NCBI GenBank assembly: GCA_043732185.1 | Contig: JAYTHY010000027.1 | Location: forward strand, 1-15,197 | Reading direction: 5' to 3' | Source of the DNA: Fibrobacteria bacterium | Lineage (GTDB): Bacteria > Fibrobacterota > Fibrobacteria > UBA11236 | DNA length: 15,197 nucleotides | Program-made: the position numbers and the translations under genes | Notes under the pieces: generated by a model | Database searches by the model: none | Told to the model about the DNA's origin: nothing | The model's input: only the letters and a program-made list of their open reading frames with translations | Part shown: piece after piece, positions 1-7,555 of the stretch | Layout: every line of letters begins with the position of its first letter | Numbering within the stretch: the stretch's first letter is position 1

Positions 1-189
1 GGGCTGATGCCCGCGCGCGGAAAGATCGAGAATGCTCAGCCGCCGATGCGCAAGCCCCAGCTCCTGGTCCAGGTATATTCCACCATCATCGGGGCCGCGG
101 TGCACCATGGTATCCCGCATGTTAAGCAACAAGGATTCCTGGACGGGGTTGCCGGTTTTAAATTGAAAGATGCCCGCTATTCCACACAT
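1..189 (-). CDS. asnB: Asparagine synthase (glutamine-hydrolysing)-like amidotransferase, 5' part; runs off the left edge; not in ORF track
   Basis: Manual translation from ATG at 189: MCGIAGIFQFKTGNPVQESLLLNMRDTMVHRGPDDGGIYLDQELGLAHRRLSILDLSARGHQP. It shows the Ntn-amidotransferase Cys2 (MCGI), HRGPD and HRRLSI.DL....QP motifs. It starts 4 nt after the stop of the upstream GT4. In a glycan locus it is probably a sugar amidotransferase (WbpS/LtsA-like), which is inference. Confidence 0.93.
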   Translation of the reverse strand, partial: MCGIAGIFQFKTGNPVQESLLLNMRDTMVHRGPDDGGIYLDQELGLAHRRLSILDLSARGHQP

Positions 190-193
190 GGTA

Positions 194-1369
194 TTATTTG
201 ATCCCGACCCAACCCAGCACGGTGCGGGCGTTGTTTTCCCAATTGAGGCTGTCAATTGTTTTTTGCCGGGCCGCAACGCCCATGGCTGCGGTCGCATCGG
301 GGTCGCCAATCATCTCAGCCAGCACGGAAACCAAGGACGTTTTGGATCCGGGAATAAACAATCGTCCGTCTTGCCCATCCACCAAGATGTCGCGAATGTT
401 TTCCATATCCGGGGCAACCACGGGTTTTCCCAAGGCCATGTATTCGAGAATCTTCATTGGCGAGGCATAGAAAGTAGCCTTGGGTGATAGGGCGATATCG
501 ATAAGGCTGATATAGGCGGGTATATCCGCATGCGACACTCGGCCCGTAATACGCACCTGCTTTTGAATGCCCAATTTTTGAATCATGGCATCGAGCTCCT
601 GTTGAATCGGACTGTCGCCAACCAGCAGCAAATAAAGTCCACTGCCAGCAACCCGGTTGCCAGCGACCTTGTCGCCAAGTTCTGCAAAAGCTTCCAAAAG
701 CAAATCGATGCCATGCCAAGGCCGCATGATGCCGACGAACCCAAGCACTTTGGCATCCGCGGGAATGCCAAGCTTTGCGCGAAGCGCCTGGTCGGGAAGT
801 CGGGGAGTAAAGCGCGAAAGGTTGACTCCGTTGGCAACCACTTTCACTTTAGATTCAGGCACGCCCACGGACTGGAGATATTTCTTAAGCGGCGTGGAAA
901 CCACTAAAGTATGCGTGGCCTGAGCGCAAATCCAGCGTTCCATGGCATTGGCCAGCCGTTTTAATATCAGGGCTTCATCCGGTTCCTGGGATCTTTCCAA
1001 GGCCAGCGGCGCATTCACTTCCAGCACCACGGGCAACCCCAGGAGCTTCCCTATAATCACACCGGAGGCATTGAAAGTAACATAGCGTTCGTACAGGAAA
1101 ATCGGTTTTTCCCGTTTTACCAATCGCCATAGGTTTAAAAAGGCAGGAAGGTTGTATGCGATTTCGAGACATTCAAAAAAGACTCGGGGAAGAAATTTTT
1201 TGATCCGTTCCCCCCAAGACTGGATGAAGCCCGGCTGGTTGGTGCCTTCTCCTACTGGCGAGAGCACCACCACTTTTTGTCCCAGATTCCGGAACGCGAG
1301 AATCATTTCCTGAACATGAATGCCTTCGGCTCCATCACCAAGCGTTCGATGGTGGTAAAGAAGCGTCAT
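194..1369 (-). CDS. Glycosyltransferase family 4 (GT-B), about 391 aa
   Basis: Motifs YER, LEVNAP, VVS, VVANGV, GFVG..RPWHGID, SPMKILEYMALGKPVV. Start moved from 1465 to ATG 1369 (MTLLYHH), which forms an ATGA overlap with the upstream stop at 1366-1368. Confidence 0.9.
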   Translation of the reverse strand: MTLLYHHRTLGDGAEGIHVQEMILAFRNLGQKVVVLSPVGEGTNQPGFIQSWGERIKKFLPRVFFECLEIAYNLPAFLNLWRLVKREKPIFLYERYVTFNASGVIIGKLLGLPVVLEVNAPLALERSQEPDEALILKRLANAMERWICAQATHTLVVSTPLKKYLQSVGVPESKVKVVANGVNLSRFTPRLPDQALRAKLGIPADAKVLGFVGIMRPWHGIDLLLEAFAELGDKVAGNRVAGSGLYLLLVGDSPIQQELDAMIQKLGIQKQVRITGRVSHADIPAYISLIDIALSPKATFYASPMKILEYMALGKPVVAPDMENIRDILVDGQDGRLFIPGSKTSLVSVLAEMIGDPDATAAMGVAARQKTIDSLNWENNARTVLGWVGIK

Positions 1370-2556
1370 GCTTTCGCCTTTTCGGTCATAAACATGTGGG
1401 CCTGCTCCGCGCACCGTTCCCAACTTTGCGCTTGCATGGAAGCGGCGATTGCGGTGTCCTCCCAAGTTTGGCGCAAGGTTTGGGAAAGCTTGGCGGCGAA
1501 ATCCAAAACCTTGGAATCCACGCTATACCCAAATTTGCCATCAACCACAATTTTTGAAATGTCTCCTACGGCAGTGGCCACAGCCGGTCGGCCGCAGGCA
1601 AGGGCTTCCAAAAGCACATTGGGACTGCCTTCAGAGGCGGTTGGCAAACAAAAACAGTCCGCGGCAGAATACCAGTAAGTGAGGTCATCGGGCAATACCT
1701 TGCCGATAAAATGAAATTTAGAATGGAGGCCCAACTCGGACAGGGAGGCTTTGATGGAATGAAGGTACGCTTGTCCTCCCTCCGGGTCTTCCTCTCCAAC
1801 GATCAGCAATTCGGCATCGGGAACATCCAGTAAAAGCTTCGGCCACGCTTTGACCAAATGATGTAGGCCTTTGCCGGAACAAATACGGCCAACTGTAAGA
1901 ACATATTTCGGCTTCGCGGAAAGTCCGAGACGGCTCCGTGATGCCAATTTGTCCAACGGATGGAAGCGCAGCAGATCGACGCCGTTGCCAACGGTCCGGA
2001 TTTTTTCCAATGGCACGCCTGACAATCGAATGGCCTTCAAGCGCAATTCTTCACTCACCGCAATCACTCCCGTGGCCCTTCGCAAACTCCAGCGAATGCC
2101 AGCGGCGCGCAGAAAACCTTGGCGTTCATAAAAGGCTTCGTGCCCGCGCAGGGTGATGAAAAAAGGTTTGTGGAACAATAGACCCAGCAAGGCCGTGGCA
2201 AAACCATCGGGAAAAGTCCAATGGGCATCCAACCAATCCGCCTTTCTAAGGAGCGTGCGGAAAGGAATGTTTACCAAAAGTGCCAGCGCAAGAAAACAAG
2301 CACTGAGAAAATGCAAGCCGGGCAAGCTGAGAAACCTGGGATGATGAACGGTTAGGCCTTGCCGAATTTCCAGAGGTTCTATTCCGGCGATTCCGGCGTA
2401 TCTGGAGAAATAGCGGTTCCCGGGAAACCATGGCACAGGCGCAAACACGGTGGTTTCTACCCACGCGGCTTGATGACGGACACGTTCAAATACAAAAAGC
2501 CCCTGGGTATTCCTGATGTTATTGGGAAAAAGATGGCTAATGCAAAGGCTTTTCAC
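1366..2556 (-). CDS. Glycosyltransferase family 4 (TuaC/WlbH-like), 396 aa
   Basis: N-terminal ISHLFPN...GLFV.ER and APVPWFP, then DAHW.FPDG, IAVSEEL, VGNGVD, VGRI..GKG, and EGSPNVLLE (Ex7E). GTG start. Confidence 0.92.
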   Translation of the reverse strand: MKSLCISHLFPNNIRNTQGLFVFERVRHQAAWVETTVFAPVPWFPGNRYFSRYAGIAGIEPLEIRQGLTVHHPRFLSLPGLHFLSACFLALALLVNIPFRTLLRKADWLDAHWTFPDGFATALLGLLFHKPFFITLRGHEAFYERQGFLRAAGIRWSLRRATGVIAVSEELRLKAIRLSGVPLEKIRTVGNGVDLLRFHPLDKLASRSRLGLSAKPKYVLTVGRICSGKGLHHLVKAWPKLLLDVPDAELLIVGEEDPEGGQAYLHSIKASLSELGLHSKFHFIGKVLPDDLTYWYSAADCFCLPTASEGSPNVLLEALACGRPAVATAVGDISKIVVDGKFGYSVDSKVLDFAAKLSQTLRQTWEDTAIAASMQAQSWERCAEQAHMFMTEKAKA

Positions 2557-2654
2557 GGTGGTGCTTAAAGATAATATCCTCAGAAACCGGGGCTATCCTA
2601 AATGGATAAAAAAAGTATATTTCCCTCGCATACCCTTCGCCTTTTTACGGTGTT

Positions 2655-3578
2655 ATGAGGGAAGGCAATTCCTCCAGCTTCGCACGATTCTTGAACGCAA
2701 CACTCGACATCAGTTTCATCATATTATCGTGGAACTCGGCCCGGTTCCTAAAGGGCTGTTTGTCCACCTTGCAGGCCGATCTCAAGGACACAAAATTATC
2801 CTTTGAAGTCCTTCTAGTGGACAATGGGTCCAAGGACGATTCCTGCCAAATCCTTGAGCGGTTCCGCAACGAAGGCTATCCGCTGCTGGTGATCCCTTTG
2901 GGCCACAATACCGGAACCACCTTCTCGCGCAATATCGGCTTACGGATGGCTAAAGGCCGCTACATATGCGTGCTGGATTCCGACATCGAGTTCTGCCAAA
3001 AGAACACCCTCGAATCCCTAATCGCCATTCTGGAAAAAGATCCAATTACAGGTTTGGTTGCCCCCCAGTTAAAATATCCCTCCGGCAATTATCAAAAAAC
3101 GTTCGATCAATTTCCGACACTCACCAACAAGCTCAAGCGGCTTTTTTTCCTCCGACGGATGGAGCGCATGGAAGGGTTGCGCAAAGTCGAGAATCAGAAT
3201 CAGGTCGAAGTGGACTATGTCATCAGCGCTTTTTGGTTGTTCCGCCGCGAAATGTTGACAGCAGTGGGTCTGCTCGACGAGAAAATCTTTTATGCTCCGG
3301 AAGATGTTGATTTCTGTTTACGCATTTGGCTGAGTGGATTTAGGGTGCTATTCTGCGGCGACGTTCAGGCCATCCACCTTGCCCAAGAAATCAGCCGCAA
3401 ACGCCCCTGGTCGAAATCGGGGAGAATGCATGTACTGGGATTGATTTATTTCTTCCGCAAGTATGGGTATTGTTTGAGCCTTAAGGGTCTGCATGGAAAA
3501 ATTGCTCAGGTCAGGATGCTTGGGGAAAAAGATACGGCGCTCTCCAATTTTCAAGGTTTGCCAGACCTACGAAAATGA
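2655..3578 (+). CDS. Glycosyltransferase family 2 (GT-A; WbbL/rhamnosyltransferase-like), 307 aa
   Basis: ISFIILSWN, VDNGSKD, N.G....RN.G, LDSD (DxD), GLLDE.IF..PEDVDFC.R. The exact start is uncertain (ATG 2655 or TTG 2691). Confidence 0.9.
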   Translation: MREGNSSSFARFLNATLDISFIILSWNSARFLKGCLSTLQADLKDTKLSFEVLLVDNGSKDDSCQILERFRNEGYPLLVIPLGHNTGTTFSRNIGLRMAKGRYICVLDSDIEFCQKNTLESLIAILEKDPITGLVAPQLKYPSGNYQKTFDQFPTLTNKLKRLFFLRRMERMEGLRKVENQNQVEVDYVISAFWLFRREMLTAVGLLDEKIFYAPEDVDFCLRIWLSGFRVLFCGDVQAIHLAQEISRKRPWSKSGRMHVLGLIYFFRKYGYCLSLKGLHGKIAQVRMLGEKDTALSNFQGLPDLRK

Positions 3579-4936
3579 CGCCCTCTAAAGAAAAACCCAC
3601 TAACGTTTTTGTATTGGCCTATGTCTTTCCACCCATGGCCGCCATTGGCTTCCAACGGCCGTTACGAGTTTGCAACTACTTGAATGCCAAGGGGATTTCC
3701 GTCACTGTCTTTGCTGGCCATCCTGCCTCGGCTTCTGAAGATATAACCATAGAGCCCTCGTTGAATGATCTGATCGATAAAGGCATCCGGGTAAGGCGAA
3801 TTCCCAGTCTACATCCCATGCAGTGGGCGGTACGCTTGAGAGCGAACCTTTTTCCAAAAATGTGTGCTGACAAGCATGCACCCGTTCCACTCCCCAATGC
3901 CAGTTCAGCAAAAATCAATACCCAAGGATCGTGGCTCGCCAATACAGCAGATAAAATTTTCGCAGCTTTTTCCGTTCCTGATAGATATAGCAGTTGGATA
4001 CTGATAAGCTTGCCTGCTTTGCTACTGGAAATTCTGTTCAAGCGGCCAGCATGTTTGTTTGTTACGGGGCCACCTTGGTCGCCGGTCATGGCAGCAAGTA
4101 TTGCCGGATGGATTACTAGAACACCGGTGTATGTTGATTATCGCGATCCATGGAATCTGAATCCCTATCATCGGAATCCACCTCGCCGCTTTATTCTTTG
4201 GATGGAGAAATGGATTTTGAAACAGGCCACGGCGGTTATTTCCAACACCGATTCCATGGCCGCCCTTTACAAATCCAAGTATCCGGAATTAGCGGATCGC
4301 ATTTTCCCCGTCTACAATGGCGTGGATGAAAGAACTATCAGGAAAATAGCTCAGGTTCGCGACGAGATAGAAAAACCGAATGCCGGTAATTTTGTAGTCA
4401 GTCATCTGGGAACATTGTATTCAAGCCGGATGCCAAGGTGTTTGGCGGGCCTTCTCGCCCAAGTCGCACTAAGGTGGAACGGTGCTCGTGATATCCGTTT
4501 CAAATTCTTTGGATGGGTGGAAAATCCGGAGATACTTAAAACAGCCTTCGCCTTGGCCGGGTGCGCGCAGAAATTGGAAATGTCGGGACAGGTTTCTTCC
4601 CGCGTGGCCTTAGAAGAGCAAGCCAAAGCGGATGTACTTTTGCTTTTGCAAAGCGGTACGACCCTACAAGTGCCGGCAAAGATTTTCGAGTATGCTTTAT
4701 CCGGTCCTCCCATCCTTTGTTTTGCGGAAGAAAAATCTGAAACAGCCAGGATGATTTCCGAGCATGGGCTGGGCAAGCAAATGCAAGGAAACGAATCTCC
4801 GGAAGAGATTTTGAATTTCTTGCGCGCCGTACGCGATGGGAATTTCAAGGTTGACGGTTTAAAAAAATTCCTGGAGAAGTTTTCCGGTGAAACTCAAAGT
4901 CATAAAATTTGTGAAATAATACTGCCTAAGCTCTAG
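3575..4936 (+). CDS. GT4-like glycosyltransferase, 453 aa
   Basis: AYVFPP...IG.QR, PD....W, TGPPWS, DYRDPW, VYNG.D, HLGTLY..R, PAKIFEY. ATGA overlap with the GT2 stop. Confidence 0.85.
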   Translation: MTPSKEKPTNVFVLAYVFPPMAAIGFQRPLRVCNYLNAKGISVTVFAGHPASASEDITIEPSLNDLIDKGIRVRRIPSLHPMQWAVRLRANLFPKMCADKHAPVPLPNASSAKINTQGSWLANTADKIFAAFSVPDRYSSWILISLPALLLEILFKRPACLFVTGPPWSPVMAASIAGWITRTPVYVDYRDPWNLNPYHRNPPRRFILWMEKWILKQATAVISNTDSMAALYKSKYPELADRIFPVYNGVDERTIRKIAQVRDEIEKPNAGNFVVSHLGTLYSSRMPRCLAGLLAQVALRWNGARDIRFKFFGWVENPEILKTAFALAGCAQKLEMSGQVSSRVALEEQAKADVLLLLQSGTTLQVPAKIFEYALSGPPILCFAEEKSETARMISEHGLGKQMQGNESPEEILNFLRAVRDGNFKVDGLKKFLEKFSGETQSHKICEIILPKL

Positions 4937-4987
4937 AGATATTTGATAGTCTACAGCGAGTCTTGTGCCTTGCTTGCGATCTTAGAC

Positions 4988-5037
4988 TTGGAATGTTTTA
5001 AAAATCCCCGTTAAAATGAAGTCTGGAACCTGGGAGG
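4988..5037 (+). promoter_or_regulatory. Putative sigma70-type promoter and Shine-Dalgarno for secreted paralog 1
   Basis: TTGGAA (4988-4993), 18-nt spacer, TAAAAT (5012-5017). GGAGG at 5033-5037 lies 6 nt before ATG 5044. Confidence 0.45.
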
Positions 5038-5043
5038 TTGACC

Positions 5044-6285
5044 ATGACTTTATTTTGCAACAATCTGCTGTGGCTCTCCTTCGGATTGATAGCGGTTGTA
5101 GAAAAAAGCTTCTGCGCCTCGCCCCTTGTGCTGGAAGACTTTGAAGGACAAGCCCTACCCCTCAACCAGGCTGGCGAATTATATCCCAGCCAATACACCG
5201 GCGAGGGAGGTGTGGCCAAGGTTATTCTAAAAAACGAAGATTCGGTCTTCCAAAAAACTATTGACTTCGAAATTACGGCCGGATACCTATATGCCCAATT
5301 CAACGCCCATAACACAGCCAACACTCGAGGCTTTGCGCGAGAAAATATTTTTGACAAAACCAAATGGAAATTTAACACCATCAATCGACTTTCTTTTTGG
5401 ATGAAAAATCCCGCCAATGGATCTCCGCTACGAACAGACGGAAACGCCAGCCTCCAATTTGGCACCTATGTGAAGCGGGTGGACAATCCGGATATTTTCA
5501 GTGATGAAACGGGAGGAGGCCATTATTACCATCACGCCAATATTCCCAATACGGATACCTGGACCAAGGTTACCATCAATGCACATCCTTCGCATTTTCG
5601 AGGCGCACTCGGTTCTGTCGACCAAGGCAACCAGCTTCATCCTACCCAAGAAGCCGGCTATAACTATTTTGACGCGCTCACCCGATTCTACATCAACGAA
5701 GTGGTTCAAAAGGCAGGTAGCTCCCCGATTGTTTACCAGTTCGATAATTTTGAATTCTACCAGGAAGCCTATCCAGAAAACGACGACCAGGTGTATACCC
5801 TCGCCTCGACATTCGTCCCCAAAGAAAATCGCATCATTATGACTTGGTTGCGCCCCAAAGATGAAAATACCGTCAAACATGAGGTTCGCTATTCGATGTC
5901 CAACATCCACGAAATCGGTTGGCAAGCCGCTACTCCTGCTCCCGATGGAATCATTACTCCCCCAGGATGGCAAGGATACAATGGCATGGTGTACAACACT
6001 ACCGCGCTCAACCTGCACGGAACCGTTTATTTTGCCATCAAACCCCAGAATTCCAATCTGTTCACGCAAACAAGCATTACCATCGGTGCTGCCAGTCTTT
6101 CTATAGCGCCGCAATTCAAAAAATCCAAGCTCACCCGCATTGAACTGAATCCTGAGGGACGCGTTCTCAAGTCGATTGGAAACCATTTAATGGTAGCAGA
6201 TTTAACGGGACGAGTTCTGTTTAGCGGCATCCGGTTAGGGAATGAAGCGCCCACAGACGTCCATCCAATTTTTGAAGGACGATAA
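5044..6285 (+). CDS. Uncharacterised secreted protein, paralog 1 (about 413 aa): signal peptide, His-rich beta-type core, FN3-like module, about 66-aa C-terminal tail
   Basis: Long ORF with hydrophobic N-terminus (LLWLSFGLIAVV...SFCA|S). Strong amino-acid conservation with 6342..7400 amid many synonymous changes supports the reading frame. ATG 5044 is preferred over TTG 5038 because of SD spacing. Confidence 0.85.
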   Translation: MTLFCNNLLWLSFGLIAVVEKSFCASPLVLEDFEGQALPLNQAGELYPSQYTGEGGVAKVILKNEDSVFQKTIDFEITAGYLYAQFNAHNTANTRGFARENIFDKTKWKFNTINRLSFWMKNPANGSPLRTDGNASLQFGTYVKRVDNPDIFSDETGGGHYYHHANIPNTDTWTKVTINAHPSHFRGALGSVDQGNQLHPTQEAGYNYFDALTRFYINEVVQKAGSSPIVYQFDNFEFYQEAYPENDDQVYTLASTFVPKENRIIMTWLRPKDENTVKHEVRYSMSNIHEIGWQAATPAPDGIITPPGWQGYNGMVYNTTALNLHGTVYFAIKPQNSNLFTQTSITIGAASLSIAPQFKKSKLTRIELNPEGRVLKSIGNHLMVADLTGRVLFSGIRLGNEAPTDVHPIFEGR

Positions 6286-7355
6286 TGGGATAGCCAAAAA
6301 CTCTCCAACCATCCCTGCTTCTGAGTTGTTATAATAGGTCTATGTGGAAAACTTTTGTTTTTCTATGCGTGCTCATAACCTATGCCTGTGCACCTCATAG
6401 CCCCGTTTGGGCTGGACCTCCCGTTGTATTTCCATTGGAAAATTTTAACACTGGCACAATTCCTGTTAATCATGCAGGCGTAAATTATGTGAGCCAGTAT
6501 GAGGGTGAGGGCGGTAAGTCAAACGTTTCGTTGGTGGCTGATGCGGGTAGCGGATTCCATTTACAATTCGAAGTTGTTGCAGGATCTTTGTATGCCCAAT
6601 TTAACGCGCATAATTTGGACGGCACCCGAGGGTTTGCCCGTGAGTATGTGCAAAACCCCAAGAGCTGGAAGTTCAACACCATCAACCGGCTATCCTTCTG
6701 GATGAAAAACCCCACAAATGGCTCACCGCTTCGCACGGATGGAAATTTCTCCTTGCAAATGGGCACCTATGTCAAGCGGGTAACCAATGCGGATCCCATG
6801 AGCGATGAAACCGGTGGAAACCATTGGTACCATCTTGCCAATATCCCCAATACAAATACCTGGACCAAAATCATCCTAAATACCCATCCGCATCATGTTC
6901 GGGGTGGTGTTGGCAGTGAGGAACACGGCAATCAACTCCATCCTACCGGCGAGGCAGGCTACAATTATTTTGACGCACTCACGCGTTTCTACATCAATGA
7001 AACGGTGCAAAAATTTATCGATACCCCCATTATTTACCAAATAGATCAATTCGATTATTTTCAGGAACCGAACCCGGAAAATGACGACCAGATCTACACC
7101 ATCGCAGCCACTTTTGTTCCCGCTGAAAATCGCTTCATATTAACCTGGTCCCGAAACAAGAATGAAGACGCCGTTAAACACGAGGTCCGCTATTCCTCTC
7201 GCAACATCCATGAAATCGGCTGGGCTGCAGCCACACCCGCGCCCTTGGGCATTATTACGCCTCCCGGCACTGCGGGTTACAACGGCATGGTCTATTCAAC
7301 GACCGCGATTAAATTCGATCAAAACATTTATTTTGCCATCAAGCCTCAGAATTCC
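5287..7355 (+). repeat. Diverged tandem gene duplication: 5287-6054 vs 6588-7355 (768 bp each, gapless)
   Basis: LYAQFNAHN...YFAIKPQNS aligns without gaps over 256 aa, with about 71 differences by hand count. Confidence 0.92.
6327..6341 (+). promoter_or_regulatory. Extended -10 promoter (TGnTATAAT), probably giving a leaderless mRNA
   Basis: TG-T-TATAAT at 6327-6335, then 6 nt (AGGTCT), then ATG 6342. It is a perfect consensus with no properly spaced SD. Confidence 0.65.
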
Positions 7356-7400
7356 AAGCGCTTCTCACAAATTGATCTGCCAATAGCTGTGGAACCGTAG
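6342..7400 (+). CDS. Uncharacterised secreted protein, paralog 2 (352 aa); lacks the C-terminal tail of paralog 1
   Basis: Signal-like N-terminus MWKTFVFLCVLITYAC-APHSPVWA, with either a weak lipobox at TYAC or an SPI site at VWA. The core is homologous to 5044..6285. Confidence 0.87.
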   Translation: MWKTFVFLCVLITYACAPHSPVWAGPPVVFPLENFNTGTIPVNHAGVNYVSQYEGEGGKSNVSLVADAGSGFHLQFEVVAGSLYAQFNAHNLDGTRGFAREYVQNPKSWKFNTINRLSFWMKNPTNGSPLRTDGNFSLQMGTYVKRVTNADPMSDETGGNHWYHLANIPNTNTWTKIILNTHPHHVRGGVGSEEHGNQLHPTGEAGYNYFDALTRFYINETVQKFIDTPIIYQIDQFDYFQEPNPENDDQIYTIAATFVPAENRFILTWSRNKNEDAVKHEVRYSSRNIHEIGWAAATPAPLGIITPPGTAGYNGMVYSTTAIKFDQNIYFAIKPQNSKRFSQIDLPIAVEP

Positions 7401-7508
7401 CCCAAATCCCATGGACGAATCAGTCGTAAAAATACCCTGCGCCAGTTGAAACCGATTCCAAGTGTGCTGGACTGGGTAACGGTTTTGAATGAAACCAGGG
7501 CAGATCGG

Positions 7509-7555
7509 TTCTGAATGACCCATGTCTATATGGATCAAGTCCAGGTCATTCCGAA
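7509..7555. terminator. Inverted repeat between convergent genes; possible terminator or 3' stabilising hairpin
   Basis: TTCTGAATGACC (7509-7520) / GGTCATTCCGAA (7544-7555): 11 of 12 bp pair, 23-nt spacer, abutting the ATPase stop codon. There is no clear U-tract. Confidence 0.35.

Noticed and set aside
7..487. Short plus-strand ORFs at the left edge, and short ORFs at 14200-14750
   Set aside because: They lie on or opposite the edge-truncated asnB and GT4 genes and show no recognisable motifs.
1370..1465. 32-aa N-terminal extension of the first GT4 in the ORF track
   Set aside because: It overlaps the upstream CDS by about 100 bp; ATG 1369 gives a clean ATGA coupling.
2621..2663. TTCCCTC/GAGGGAA pairing that could occlude the GT2 start codon
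   Set aside because: It is a 7-bp stem with a long loop, the left arm overlaps the likely -10 box (TATATT 2617-2622) so may not be transcribed, and the start codon itself is uncertain.
4956..4972. Sigma54-like GGCAC-N5-TCGC on the minus strand
   Set aside because: The match is imperfect and points antisense into the GT gene, with no gene to drive.
5428..6186. 252-aa antisense ORF (also 4998..5465 and 6485..6766, which resemble each other)
   Set aside because: These are shadows of the paralog genes. Their mutual similarity follows from the sense-strand duplication, and the ORF track shows no equivalent long antisense ORF over paralog 2.
7386..7400. Paralog 2 ends in AVEP, reminiscent of VPEP of PEP-CTERM
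   Set aside because: No transmembrane helix or basic cluster follows before the stop, and the sequence after the stop is not hydrophobic.
7509..7555. Inverted repeat after the ATPase stop as an integron attC site or IS end
   Set aside because: There are no RYYYAAC/GTTRRRY core sites, no second copy, no integrase or transposase, and no target duplication seen.
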